Source: Candidatus Levyibacteriota bacterium
GTDB lineage: Bacteria; Patescibacteriota; Microgenomatia; Levybacterales; UBA12049
Assembly: GCA_027459745.1 (NCBI GenBank)
Contig: DAIDHL010000002.1
Coordinates: 9,113 to 73,112, forward strand
Reading direction: 5' to 3'
DNA: 64,000 nucleotides
Position numbers and translations under genes: made by a program
Shown: positions 46,869 through 57,056 of the stretch, one piece after another
Layout of the letters: every line of letters starts with the position of its first letter
Numbering within the stretch: position 1 is the first letter of the stretch
Notes under the pieces: model-generated
What the model was told of the DNA's origin: nothing
Database searches by the model: none
What the model saw: only the letters and a program-made list of their open reading frames with translations

Positions 46869-48098
46869 ATGAGCAAATCATTATTTTACTGGTTAAGCGG
46901 GTCTATCTTGTTTATTTTGGCTGTAATTGCAATTATCGGACCCCGTACTCTCTTTGTCGATGTCAGTGAATATCACTGTTATGCGAGTTTATTTTGGACA
47001 GGGCATCTACAAAACAACCACCTCGAACAACAATACTGCAGACTTGACATCACCCACCTTCAACTGCACAAATACTCATTACCCCAAGAATATCCTTTCT
47101 TGAGTTTGGTGATTTTCTCGCTTCCTTTGCTTTCACCATTGGGTTACAGTCTTAGTTTTAGATTGCTGATGTTATTCTTTTTATTAACCATTTGGTGGTA
47201 TTTTTACAAAACCAAACAGTTTACTTCCGGTATAATTTTACTGCTATTTATTACGCTTGGTTTGAGCTCTGTGGCATTCAATCGTTATGACTTAGTTGCT
47301 TCGAGTCTAACATTTTTTGCCTTAATCCTGGCGAGTAAGAAAAAGTTTTGGTTAAGCTACATATTACTAGCATTGTCTACTTTCCTGAAAATTTATCCTT
47401 TATTTTTTATCCCTTTGGTTTTCATTTTGGAATGGCATAGCTTTAAGTCAAGCAGATTGCAATTAAAAAAATATTATCCTCTCTTATCAGGTCTTGTCGT
47501 TTTAACTATCCTTTTTCTGATATCTTTCAACATTAACGGTCCTCAAACTCTATCACCGTTAGCTTATCAGGTAGTACGGCCATTACAAATCGAGTCCACT
47601 CCTGCTTCAATATTCTTGTTATTTAGCGCAGGTAAAGTCTGTCTTAATCAATCTTTTGGCTCAATAAACCTAATGTCAGTTACTAACGGCCAGTGTCTGC
47701 CTAATTTGCTTAGCAAAAATCTAGAATTTTTTTTTAGTGGGTTAATGTTTATAAGTATCATCACTGTTTATATATCATGGTTTAAACGAAAAGTTATTTT
47801 TTGGCAAGCATGTATTCTACTACTCATAAGCTTAATTGTATTCAACAAAGTCTTAAGCCCACAATACTTTCTCTGGCTCGTACCATTCTTGGCCTTAAAC
47901 CGCAAAGGTTTTTCGTTAAACATATTTGTCTGGCTATTATTGCTTGGTTTGAGTTATATAATTTATCCTGTACTTTATTCTAGTCCACAGTTCCCACTTA
48001 GTTATATATTCTCTGTAATATTAATACGGAATATTTTATTATTTTCTCTCTATGTGTATACTTGGAAAGAAGCGGTTAGCACGCATAATAGTAAATAG
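46869..48098 (+). CDS. Polytopic membrane protein, possible GT-C / O-antigen-ligase-like glycosyltransferase
   Basis: 10-12 predicted TM helices with no soluble domain. Embedded between pilin genes. Confidence 0.4.
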   Translation: MSKSLFYWLSGSILFILAVIAIIGPRTLFVDVSEYHCYASLFWTGHLQNNHLEQQYCRLDITHLQLHKYSLPQEYPFLSLVIFSLPLLSPLGYSLSFRLLMLFFLLTIWWYFYKTKQFTSGIILLLFITLGLSSVAFNRYDLVASSLTFFALILASKKKFWLSYILLALSTFLKIYPLFFIPLVFILEWHSFKSSRLQLKKYYPLLSGLVVLTILFLISFNINGPQTLSPLAYQVVRPLQIESTPASIFLLFSAGKVCLNQSFGSINLMSVTNGQCLPNLLSKNLEFFFSGLMFISIITVYISWFKRKVIFWQACILLLISLIVFNKVLSPQYFLWLVPFLALNRKGFSLNIFVWLLLLGLSYIIYPVLYSSPQFPLSYIFSVILIRNILLFSLYVYTWKEAVSTHNSK

Positions 48099-48146
48099 AT
48101 AAATAAAATATAATTTACACTTAAATCTTATTCATAATTAGACTCT

Positions 48147-49670
48147 ATGCCAATTATTTTATTCTTTAAAAAGCATTTATATTTTTTATTACTTTTCATT
48201 TTTTTTCTTTTATATACCTGCGAAGGAATTTATCTGCTCGATCCTGATTTTGGTTGGCATTTGCGTTTTGGTGAGATAGTACTACAGGCTCACCGCATAC
48301 CATTCAAAGATATTTTTTCCTATACGATGCCTACTTATAATTTTATCAATCATGAGTGGCTTTCTGATGTCATTATTGCCTCGATTTACTCTTTAGCTGG
48401 CTTAGTCGGAGTAGCTATCCTTTTTGCTTTATTTGTCACAGCTGGTTTGGTATTTGCAGTTAAAATTGCCCGTGCTAAAGATCAACTGGGATTTTGGTTG
48501 TCACTGTTAACTATGTTGGCCATAACCACGGTGCAGTTTGCCGGTATTCGCCCCCAGGCCTTGAGCTGGACTTTTTTTATCGTCGTCTGGTATTTGCTTG
48601 ATGTAGTAAAAAACAGATCGCGTTTTATAATCTTGCCCTTAATCTTTCTATTCTGGGCTAATATGCACGCTGCTTTTGCCCTGGGACTATTTCTCTTTTT
48701 TGTCAGTGTCGTCAATGCATTAATTAAGCGTGATAAAGATAGCTGGTACTTTTTTCTATCGTTTCTGGTTGCTACAGGAGTTACTTTAATAAATCCCTAC
48801 GGAATTAAATTATGGCAGGAAGTTATTCTGACTTCCGCATCACCACAAATTTCCCAGGTAGAAGAGTGGACGCCTAGTTTTACGCACATAATATTCCCCA
48901 TGTGGCTATTTGTTGATTTTTCTTTAATCTTACTTTGGTTTAATCGTGCAGATATATCAAAAAAAAACATTTTCTTAATGGCAGTACTAGGTATACTTTT
49001 TGTTACCGGTATTCGCCAAGCTCCCCTATTCATGCTGTTTTTGTTACCTCTTACTATTGAAGCGGTAAAAACATTTATCGATCAGGCAAGAAAGTACCAG
49101 TTTGCTCTTAAGCGCTTGCGAATAGCTTCGGTGGTGATAGCCATCATTACTGTTATTTTTTGCATAGTTAGCCTATGGCCTTTGGAGTCCAGTATTTGGC
49201 AAAGTCGCTTAAACATCTCAAGAAGCATCAGCTTAATATATCCTTCTGGAGCTGTGGCATATCTCCGATCCCATCCTTTTTTAGGAAATTACTACTCTAT
49301 TTATAACTGGGGAGGTTACTTAATTTGGCAATTACCAAACAAAAAGGACTTCATCGACGGACGAATGCCTACCTGGATTAATCCTAATGCACCAAAAAAT
49401 GAGAGTCAGAATGCGTTAAAAGATTTTCTTAAAATTAATAATCCTTCTTCTCTGAATGCAATAATACATAAATATGATATAACCACCTTAATAATATCTC
49501 CTTTAAAATTAACTCCTCCTTCATGTTGGTTATTACAAAAGTGGTGCAACCAAGTTGTTGCACAAAAAAATAAACAAAATCTGCCCTTAATCCATTATCT
49601 GCGGGTCAATGGCTGGCATCAAGTGACCCATGATAAGGTTTCAATAGTTTTTCAGAAAAAGGACATATAG
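48147..49670 (+). CDS. Polytopic membrane protein, GT-C-like glycosyltransferase candidate
   Basis: Over 10 TM helices. First loop 'DPDFGWHLRFGE' resembles acidic loop motifs of GT-C enzymes. C-terminal soluble domain. Confidence 0.4.
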   Translation: MPIILFFKKHLYFLLLFIFFLLYTCEGIYLLDPDFGWHLRFGEIVLQAHRIPFKDIFSYTMPTYNFINHEWLSDVIIASIYSLAGLVGVAILFALFVTAGLVFAVKIARAKDQLGFWLSLLTMLAITTVQFAGIRPQALSWTFFIVVWYLLDVVKNRSRFIILPLIFLFWANMHAAFALGLFLFFVSVVNALIKRDKDSWYFFLSFLVATGVTLINPYGIKLWQEVILTSASPQISQVEEWTPSFTHIIFPMWLFVDFSLILLWFNRADISKKNIFLMAVLGILFVTGIRQAPLFMLFLLPLTIEAVKTFIDQARKYQFALKRLRIASVVIAIITVIFCIVSLWPLESSIWQSRLNISRSISLIYPSGAVAYLRSHPFLGNYYSIYNWGGYLIWQLPNKKDFIDGRMPTWINPNAPKNESQNALKDFLKINNPSSLNAIIHKYDITTLIISPLKLTPPSCWLLQKWCNQVVAQKNKQNLPLIHYLRVNGWHQVTHDKVSIVFQKKDI

Positions 49671-49725
49671 TCATAGATTTACCCCTTGACAAGTAAGTAT
49701 AATTTTAACTAGAGTATAAATAGAT

Positions 49726-50151
49726 ATGAAATTTGATTTAAGAAAACCGTTTATTTTCGCATCTACCACTGCCGTTATGGGCGCAGCTGCTACATTACCA
49801 GCTTTTGCAGGTAATAGTAATTATGTTGGAATCTGTCCAACAGGATCATTTGCAGGAGTATGTAATCCGAATATAAGCACTCTATTGGGCAGTGTTATCA
49901 ATGTAGTCTTCGTTATAGCTATTCTTATTGCCTTGTTCTTCCTTATCTATGGTGGTATTCGTTGGATCATTTCTCAGGGTAATAAAGAAAAGGTCAATGG
50001 AGCTCGAGATATGTTAATAGCTGCTTTGATTGGATTAATTGTCGTCTTCTTATCATATTTTTTGCTTGGTTTGGTTATACAATTATTATTCGGACAATCG
50101 ACACAGAATTTGATTAATTCAGTAACTTCTAATGGTATTTTTAATCATTAA
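49726..50151 (+). CDS. VirB2/TrbC-like T4SS pilin-module protein
   Basis: Signal peptide (cleavage near AFA-GNS). '...LIYGGIRWIISQGNKEKVNGARDMLIAALIGLIVVFLSYF' two-helix module. Confidence 0.6.
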   Translation: MKFDLRKPFIFASTTAVMGAAATLPAFAGNSNYVGICPTGSFAGVCNPNISTLLGSVINVVFVIAILIALFFLIYGGIRWIISQGNKEKVNGARDMLIAALIGLIVVFLSYFLLGLVIQLLFGQSTQNLINSVTSNGIFNH

Positions 50152-50300
50152 TCTCTAGAAATTTATCCAAATTTCAACAGATAAACGCCAATTTTGTTTA
50201 TATGTCCCTAACTCTAATTGGTTTGTAAATAAAATCTTGTGTTTTCCCTCAAATAAACCCTTCAATTGCATTTGTAGACAAAATCAGCTAGATTATTGCT

Positions 50301-50654
50301 ATGGATTGGAATAATTGTTTGCAAAATATCACCAATAATGGCAATACGGTCGGACAAGCGGCTACATTAGGCTGTATTCCGGTACTTTTTTCTAACTTAG
50401 TAAACTCTGCCTTTATTTTTGCGGGTAGTATTGCTGTTATCTTTATCATCTGGTCAGGCATCCAATATATTATGTCCGGTGGAGACCCAAAAAAGGCCGA
50501 GACAGCACGTAAAACCATGACTTGGGCTATCATCGGGCTTTTACTTATTATCTTCTCTGTGGCGATTATAACCATCCTGGGATATATTACAGGAGCTCAT
50601 TGCATAACTTCTTTCGGTTTTACCAACTGTCAGACAAATATCACAGGTAATTAA
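50301..50654 (+). CDS. VirB2/TrbC-like T4SS pilin-module protein
   Basis: 'IIWSGIQYIMSGGDPKKAETARKTMTWAIIGLLLIIFSVAI' module. Confidence 0.55.
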   Translation: MDWNNCLQNITNNGNTVGQAATLGCIPVLFSNLVNSAFIFAGSIAVIFIIWSGIQYIMSGGDPKKAETARKTMTWAIIGLLLIIFSVAIITILGYITGAHCITSFGFTNCQTNITGN

Positions 50655-50691
50655 AAACTCAACGTTCTTGGTAGAAAACCATCATTAGATC

Positions 50692-51063
50692 TTAATTCTG
50701 GTTGGTGGAGTCAGCTTTTTCATTCTGCAGTACTTCTTCTAACTTCTGCCGGGTTTCTTTCAACTCCTCCTGATCCAAATCCGCGGGTTTCAATTGTTGC
50801 ATTTCTGCTTCTGTCTTATTTTTTATTCTGATGTAGAAATCTTGATCAATCTTCTCGCCGTTTTCGCTTTCGTCGTCCAAAGCTTTTTGGATATTTCTGT
50901 CCAGTCTCAACTTGTACAAAGCATAATAAGCATCCCAAATCAATTCATCCAACTCTGATTTTTTATCCGAAGATATGATATCAATTTGTTCAAGTAATAG
51001 CTTCTTGAAATCCTCCGCTATGGGTAATAGTCTAATTAGGTTTTTAGTTGAGAAATCTTTCAT
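50692..51063 (-). CDS. Acidic coiled-coil hypothetical protein
   Basis: 123 aa, E/D/K-rich. Downstream of the 981-aa gene on the same strand. Confidence 0.35.
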   Translation of the reverse strand: MKDFSTKNLIRLLPIAEDFKKLLLEQIDIISSDKKSELDELIWDAYYALYKLRLDRNIQKALDDESENGEKIDQDFYIRIKNKTEAEMQQLKPADLDQEELKETRQKLEEVLQNEKADSTNQN

Positions 51064-51069
51064 TATTTT

Positions 51070-54015
51070 CTATAAAGGATCTGCCAATTCTCTAATCTCT
51101 TTAATAATACTAGCACTCGCTTGGGCAAAATCATATGAAGAAATTACGTGGTTGTTTAACGCAGTGTAAACTTCAGTTAAAGTAGCGGTTAAATTAGGCG
51201 GAGTTCTGAAACCTCTAGGATGAGATAAAACAAAGTTATCTAACAAGTCGCAAAGCACATCAGGTGTTAAAGTTCTTGAAAGTAATCTAAAGCTTTCATT
51301 GGTATTTTCTCCTCGATATTGAAATAGCATATTCATAACTTCCAAGTAACCATAGGTATAAGCGGGATTGGCTTTTTCACTCGCCGATAATCTGGGATCA
51401 TCAGCATTTATAACCCCATTATTATCAAAATACTTTTCAGGGTGGATTTCTGAATCCTGACAAGCAATTCTCGCTTTTTCGAATTTACCTCCCAGGTTAA
51501 GAGATAACTTAAGAACATCTAATTCATCTTTACTAATTTGAGGCTCTTCAGACATATTAGCGGCTAATTCCTTTACCTCATTAACTTCATCCTGCACCAA
51601 CTCTCGTCTATTCCTCAGCCGAGCTTGATGCCGAGATCTAGCTTCATCTATAGCAAGAGCCAACCTTGGATCAGGCCCAGGAGCCGGCCATCGACCCTCT
51701 GCGACCATCATATCGTTTAATTCTGTCGCATCACGGGTTCTCAACATACGCTGACTTACTCCGAATCCCGTTAGATCTCGCAAAGCATCTTCGCGTGCTG
51801 TTCTGACAGCAGCTGGTCTTGTTGCTTCTTCTCTTCTGGCCTTGGCTTCGTTCATTAAATTTATTACCAGCAAACGGTGAGCAGCTGTATTGTTATCACC
51901 CTGAGACCACCCCACATTGGGATCCAAATTATGAGCCTCATTTATTCTCGCCAAAATCTGATTAACATTTTCCGATGCTAAGTGAGCCAAGTCTAACTGC
52001 ACTGCCGGATTTGCGGCTACTGCCCAACCTGTTATTTCCGTAAATTGTCTGCCCATATTATTCATCTGTCTGTCCCCATTCACATTAGCTCCGACTTTAT
52101 GCATTTCTCTCTCTTTTTCCTCGATTTCCAATTGAATTTGCTGAATATCAGTTATTTCTTTAGCTCGGTCTTTAGCTAATTGATTAATTTCAGCTAATCT
52201 ATCATTTAGCAACCCTTTATACATATCAATTATGCTCTTCGTTGTTTCGGCCCGAGCAGTAATAACTGAATCTGGTGTCCCAAGAGGAGGAGCAACATCC
52301 AATCCCAAATTATGTAAGGTAGTATCCCTTCTGGTATCATTATCTGTCCGAGCAGCTGCACGTTCAGCATCAAGAGCAGCCGGCTGATTTAAGGCCTCTC
52401 TCGTGGCAATAGCGGCAGCAATACCAGCTCTGCCTCCAGCTACCATATATGGATGAGCTGATAATTTTCTTATTGCTGCATCGACAGCGGCTTGAGCTTT
52501 ATCATATTCATCAAACTGTTTCTCTTCATCAGCTAAAATCCCTCCTTCTTTCATTAAATCCTCTTTTTGTGTTTGCAATTTTTTCTTTTCCGCCTCATAC
52601 ACCTTACCGCCTGCTTCTCTATCAGCTATTTTTTGCTTAATAACATCATCTCGTGAAATCTCTTCCTTATTTAAGACATCTATTGCCATCTCCGTTAAAT
52701 CATCCACCATACTTCGTTCTCTAGCTTGCTCCCATCGTTCTTTATTAACTATAAGATCTCCAGCATCTCCTCCTAAACGGTTAAACCAAGTCAAAACCTC
52801 TTCATCCATTTTTGTAGAAAGTTGTTGAATGGACGTTTCTGATCTACCAAAAAGTCCACCTCTTCTACGTCTAGTGTAAGCAGTTCCTCCTTGCAAATAT
52901 TGTTCTGGTAAGGCTGCAATATCTTTCGGTGGAATCCCTAATTTTTGTAAGGTTTGGAAGCGGGTCAATAAATATTCTACCGTTTGATTTTTTAGATTCT
53001 CAGGACTTACTACACTTTCGGCATCTCTGCCTCGTACACGTCTTAACGTTCCCCCTGCTATTCCAAAGTCATCCATGTCCAACCCAGTCATTTGTTTTAT
53101 AAACTGTCTTTCTATGGCCTTATGTTGCTGAACATCTACTGGATCCGTATCACGGTGCGCAAGACTTTCAAATCCGTTCACACAACTTTCCAAACTGATA
53201 GTCAAACCTTTTTTGCGTAAAGAATTAATAGCAGCTCCTAATCCAACCACACCGACACCGGCCGCACCACCCGCCGCGGCCGACCATGGAAAAGCAAGTG
53301 GCAAAACTTTACTTCCAATTAGAGCTCCGATGCCTCCTCCTGCACCCGTGATACCTGCTCTACCAATAACTTTGCCAATAGAACCAAGATTTGGCTCTAT
53401 TTTGTCATGCCAAACTTTATTTAGGACACCTTGATCAACCCCTAAATGAATGTTTTCATTTTGAACCACCTCGTTGCGCCTGAGTTCAGGATTACTTACA
53501 ACTTGCATACCCAAGGCAAAAAGCCTACGGGCAATATCCTGTTCCATTAACTTCATAGTTAATTTCCAACCTTTAGGATCCTTTAAAAACTCTCTTATCT
53601 TATTTTGGTCCGGCTTATACCCTATAATTTGATTGCTATTGCTGCTATCAATAATTGGAGAGCCTAATAGCTCAAATAGCTTTCTATCCGTGGTATGATA
53701 ATCACTGCGAAGCAGATCGTAATAGGTTCTGCCAGAACCTCTAGTTGGATCGAGTGAATTGGGAATTTCTGTCTTAGCTAAATCACTTAGTCTGGTAAGG
53801 TAATTTTCTAAAAAGGCGGCATGCTCATTAGTTAACTCCGTGCCAAAGTCCACTTCTCTACTACCTTTTATTGAAGGATTTATAAGGAATTCTGTTAATT
53901 GAAATGTCTGACCGCTTTTTACTTCACCTTTTGATTCCGCAGAACTATTTTTTTTCTCACCCTTTTTGGCTTCTTTCCCTTCTTCTCCTGTGTGAACTTC
54001 AGCTAAATCCGGCAT
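51070..54015 (-). CDS. Large (981 aa) hypothetical protein with one Gly/Ala-rich hydrophobic segment and long coiled-coil/Ala-rich region
   Basis: Segment 'GRAGITGAGGGIGALIGSKVLPLAFPWSAAAGGAAGVGVVGLGAAI' is membrane-like. The remainder is charged and helical. Confidence 0.5.
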   Translation of the reverse strand: MPDLAEVHTGEEGKEAKKGEKKNSSAESKGEVKSGQTFQLTEFLINPSIKGSREVDFGTELTNEHAAFLENYLTRLSDLAKTEIPNSLDPTRGSGRTYYDLLRSDYHTTDRKLFELLGSPIIDSSNSNQIIGYKPDQNKIREFLKDPKGWKLTMKLMEQDIARRLFALGMQVVSNPELRRNEVVQNENIHLGVDQGVLNKVWHDKIEPNLGSIGKVIGRAGITGAGGGIGALIGSKVLPLAFPWSAAAGGAAGVGVVGLGAAINSLRKKGLTISLESCVNGFESLAHRDTDPVDVQQHKAIERQFIKQMTGLDMDDFGIAGGTLRRVRGRDAESVVSPENLKNQTVEYLLTRFQTLQKLGIPPKDIAALPEQYLQGGTAYTRRRRGGLFGRSETSIQQLSTKMDEEVLTWFNRLGGDAGDLIVNKERWEQARERSMVDDLTEMAIDVLNKEEISRDDVIKQKIADREAGGKVYEAEKKKLQTQKEDLMKEGGILADEEKQFDEYDKAQAAVDAAIRKLSAHPYMVAGGRAGIAAAIATREALNQPAALDAERAAARTDNDTRRDTTLHNLGLDVAPPLGTPDSVITARAETTKSIIDMYKGLLNDRLAEINQLAKDRAKEITDIQQIQLEIEEKEREMHKVGANVNGDRQMNNMGRQFTEITGWAVAANPAVQLDLAHLASENVNQILARINEAHNLDPNVGWSQGDNNTAAHRLLVINLMNEAKARREEATRPAAVRTAREDALRDLTGFGVSQRMLRTRDATELNDMMVAEGRWPAPGPDPRLALAIDEARSRHQARLRNRRELVQDEVNEVKELAANMSEEPQISKDELDVLKLSLNLGGKFEKARIACQDSEIHPEKYFDNNGVINADDPRLSASEKANPAYTYGYLEVMNMLFQYRGENTNESFRLLSRTLTPDVLCDLLDNFVLSHPRGFRTPPNLTATLTEVYTALNNHVISSYDFAQASASIIKEIRELADPL

Positions 54016-54070
54016 ACACTTAATTATTACTTGATTATCTTCTAATAATCAAGTAAGCTTTAGCTATAAT

Positions 54071-55405
54071 ATGCCTGAAGCAGTAGATACACCACTAACC
54101 TCCCTGACTCCAGATACTGTCTTAACCCCAACAGAGCAAACTGTGATACCTTCGTTAGAGCCAGAAGACAGTGATACGGGCTCTTTAGTAAAACCTGCTA
54201 CAGAAGCCAGCAACATATCTGCCATAGACATCGCAAAAGAGATTGTCCATACTCCAACTAAAGAAAGTATAGGAGCTGATTTAAACACTGTGGCTAATGC
54301 CTTAATCAATCGAGCAGCAAGAAAAGCTCAAAAAGATTATCTGAGTACTGAAGACAAAATGGACTTGCCGGAAGGAGAAAGACTCTTGTATTTAATAAAT
54401 AAGACGTCTGAATTATGTGCTAATGCTAAGGATAAAATTTCTTATGCTGATGATCCAATAACTGACGTCACTTTAAGCACTATTGAACTAATTGACCCAG
54501 CAACTAAAGAAAAGGGTCATATTGTTGGAATAATAGAAGTTTCTCCCAAGACGGAGGATTCTCCTCAAAACCTACAACTAGAAATTAAAACAGCAAAGGG
54601 AACAACTATTACCATTACATTAACACCTGATGAATTACGTCAACAAATTTTTAAAGAACATGCAGCGAGTATTATAGAATACATGTCTGATTCTGATGAC
54701 TCAAAATCAATACTAGAAATCTATGGTCAACAATTGCATGATGGGAAAATGCCCGACAAGTTACCAGATAAATTAGCTGATACATTGGAAAATAAAGCAG
54801 GGGAAATGGGTTTAGTCATGGCTTCGAGGGCAAGAGAGATTCTGGAACCTATTTTACACAATAAAGATATTCCTATAACCGAGAAGGATTCTATTATTAG
54901 AGTTTTGAATGACATTGGTGGAAGAAAAGTAATTGATAAAGATACTATGACTGCAATAGCTGATGTTTTATTTAATCAACGCCTCAAACTCCTGTCCTCA
55001 AATCACAATGCACTTCTTGATAGTGGTGAATATGAGAAGGCTGAAAGACTGAATAGAGAAATGGAGGTATGTCGTCAAGTATTAGACAAGGGCGAAAATA
55101 GCCTGATTTCTCGTTTTTTCACTAAAGTAGAACAAGGAGACGTACCCGAGGAAGCGTTAGCGGTTATGAACCAGATGCTGGAAACAAATAATCCCCGGGG
55201 GTTTATTCAAAACTTAATTTCACAAATCCAACATGATCCTGATTTGAGCCCAGAAGAAAAAGAGGAAAAAATAGCTGCACTTAAGAGTATTCCTTTCTCT
55301 GTGGGACCTGGAATATTTGATACACTTTTTGCGGTGGTACTGGGGATAGGCTCAGAAGTTATCCTCAATGGAGTATTGGCGAAAGGCTCACATATTGCTG
55401 ATTAA
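54071..55405 (+). CDS. Hypothetical protein (444 aa)
   Basis: Hydrophilic with a C-terminal hydrophobic stretch. No motif recognised. Confidence 0.4.
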   Translation: MPEAVDTPLTSLTPDTVLTPTEQTVIPSLEPEDSDTGSLVKPATEASNISAIDIAKEIVHTPTKESIGADLNTVANALINRAARKAQKDYLSTEDKMDLPEGERLLYLINKTSELCANAKDKISYADDPITDVTLSTIELIDPATKEKGHIVGIIEVSPKTEDSPQNLQLEIKTAKGTTITITLTPDELRQQIFKEHAASIIEYMSDSDDSKSILEIYGQQLHDGKMPDKLPDKLADTLENKAGEMGLVMASRAREILEPILHNKDIPITEKDSIIRVLNDIGGRKVIDKDTMTAIADVLFNQRLKLLSSNHNALLDSGEYEKAERLNREMEVCRQVLDKGENSLISRFFTKVEQGDVPEEALAVMNQMLETNNPRGFIQNLISQIQHDPDLSPEEKEEKIAALKSIPFSVGPGIFDTLFAVVLGIGSEVILNGVLAKGSHIAD

Positions 55406-55509
55406 AACTTTTCACAAAATCGGCACCACTTAGGCCTATATTTGACCCACTTTGATAATCTTGAACACAGATTTTTCACGTTATACACTTTTTGTAGGAG
55501 TGAGATACT

Positions 55510-57051
55510 ATGGAAAGCAATCATCCCATACCACAAGACGTCACAGGATTTCAGTTTAAATTAATCGGCGCTATGACCGTCAAGCAGTTTTTGTATTTGG
55601 CTGTGCCCTCAGTTGTGGCCTGGGTACTCTATTCCGCACCGTTCTTGCCCTGGTTTATCAAATTCCCCTTGATTATTATTTTGGCAGTATCAGCTGTAGT
55701 CATGGCTTTTTTACCCATTGAAGGAAGACCGGCCGATGTAATGTTAAAGCATTTTTTTGAAGCGTTATTCGCTCCCAATCAGTTTATATATCAAAAAACA
55801 GGACAAAAGTTGGCATTTACAACCATTTCACCCCCCCCAATCTCTCAAAAACCAATGGTTAATCCAATTCTGCAGGCAGAACAAATAAAAACTCGGCAGT
55901 TGCAGGCTTTGTTGCAATCTTCTCAACATGAAAATATGATGGATGATCGTGAATCGTCTTTTATGCAAAAAGTTTCTTCTCTTATGCCTACACCTACAGT
56001 GGTTAACCAAACTGCTACTAGCCCTAGTAGTAAAGGTATTCTGTCCTTTCATCTTCCACAAATTTTTTCTAAACCGTTAGCCTCCAAACCAGTGCTTTCT
56101 AACTTCAAAATGGTTGATTTGGGAGACCAATCAGAGCCAGACATGAAACCTGAGGTAAAAGACCAACCTAAAGAGGCAGATTTAGTAACCCCGGTTACAA
56201 CCCTTCCTCCCGCCCCCGTTATGACCTCTCCAGTGCAGACAACCTCAACTACGAGCATTCCTGCTGTACCTCAAACTATCAACAATCCAATTGCTTCAGT
56301 AGGAGAATCTATTTCTGTGCCTATTACTACACCTGTCACACCTCCTTACCCCAAACCGATGACCTCGTCGCCATCTATTCCTCAGCCTACCCCAAATTAC
56401 GATGCGCAGTTACAACAACTGCAGGCTGAGAAAGAACGTATGGAAAAAGAATTAGCGGAGTTGAAAAAACAAAAAATACAATCTGTTGCGTCTGAACCGC
56501 AAATAATAACCCAAGCAGTAAATACCCCTGTAACAAGCAAGCAGCCTGTGATAAGTTCTCCGGCTACTACAGTTGATCCATTGCCAACACCATCAACCAC
56601 GCCACCAATTAACCAATCCACCCAACAAAGCTCCTCGTCGAATAATTCAACCTCTATCCTTCCTCAAACCTCAGATGGTGTTCAATCACCACATGTGGCA
56701 AAGATTCCAGCGGCTATGGCTAAAAATATGGGGCTACCATCAATTCCTGATTCTCCTAACTTAATTACAGGGATTGTGCGTGATCCACGGGGAAATATTC
56801 TTCCCAACATTCTGGTTGAAGTTAAAGATAAAGAAGGCAATCCAGTCCGTGCTTTTAAGACCAATCAGCTGGGTCAATTTGCCTCAGCCACTCCGCTACT
56901 CAATGGCACGTATACTATAAATTTTGAAGATCTTACAGGTCAGCATAAATTTGATGTTATTGAAATTGTAGCCAAGGGCACAGTCTTATTGCCGATTGGC
57001 ATAGTCTCTCATGATGCTCGAGAAGAATTACGCAAAGCATTGTTTACTTAA
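55510..57051 (+). CDS. PrgI-family (VirB3-like) membrane domain fused to S/T/P-rich linker and transthyretin/carboxypeptidase-regulatory-like domain
   Basis: N-terminal 'FQFKLIGAMTVKQFLYLAVPSVVAWVLY...IILAVSAVVMAFLPIEGRPADVMLKHFFEALFAPNQFIY' resembles PrgI family proteins found upstream of VirB4 in Gram-positive T4SS. C-terminal 'ITGIVRDPRGNILPNILVEVKDKEGNPV...NGTYTINFE' is beta-sandwich-like. Confidence 0.45.
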   Translation: MESNHPIPQDVTGFQFKLIGAMTVKQFLYLAVPSVVAWVLYSAPFLPWFIKFPLIIILAVSAVVMAFLPIEGRPADVMLKHFFEALFAPNQFIYQKTGQKLAFTTISPPPISQKPMVNPILQAEQIKTRQLQALLQSSQHENMMDDRESSFMQKVSSLMPTPTVVNQTATSPSSKGILSFHLPQIFSKPLASKPVLSNFKMVDLGDQSEPDMKPEVKDQPKEADLVTPVTTLPPAPVMTSPVQTTSTTSIPAVPQTINNPIASVGESISVPITTPVTPPYPKPMTSSPSIPQPTPNYDAQLQQLQAEKERMEKELAELKKQKIQSVASEPQIITQAVNTPVTSKQPVISSPATTVDPLPTPSTTPPINQSTQQSSSSNNSTSILPQTSDGVQSPHVAKIPAAMAKNMGLPSIPDSPNLITGIVRDPRGNILPNILVEVKDKEGNPVRAFKTNQLGQFASATPLLNGTYTINFEDLTGQHKFDVIEIVAKGTVLLPIGIVSHDAREELRKALFT

Positions 57052-57056
57052 AAACC

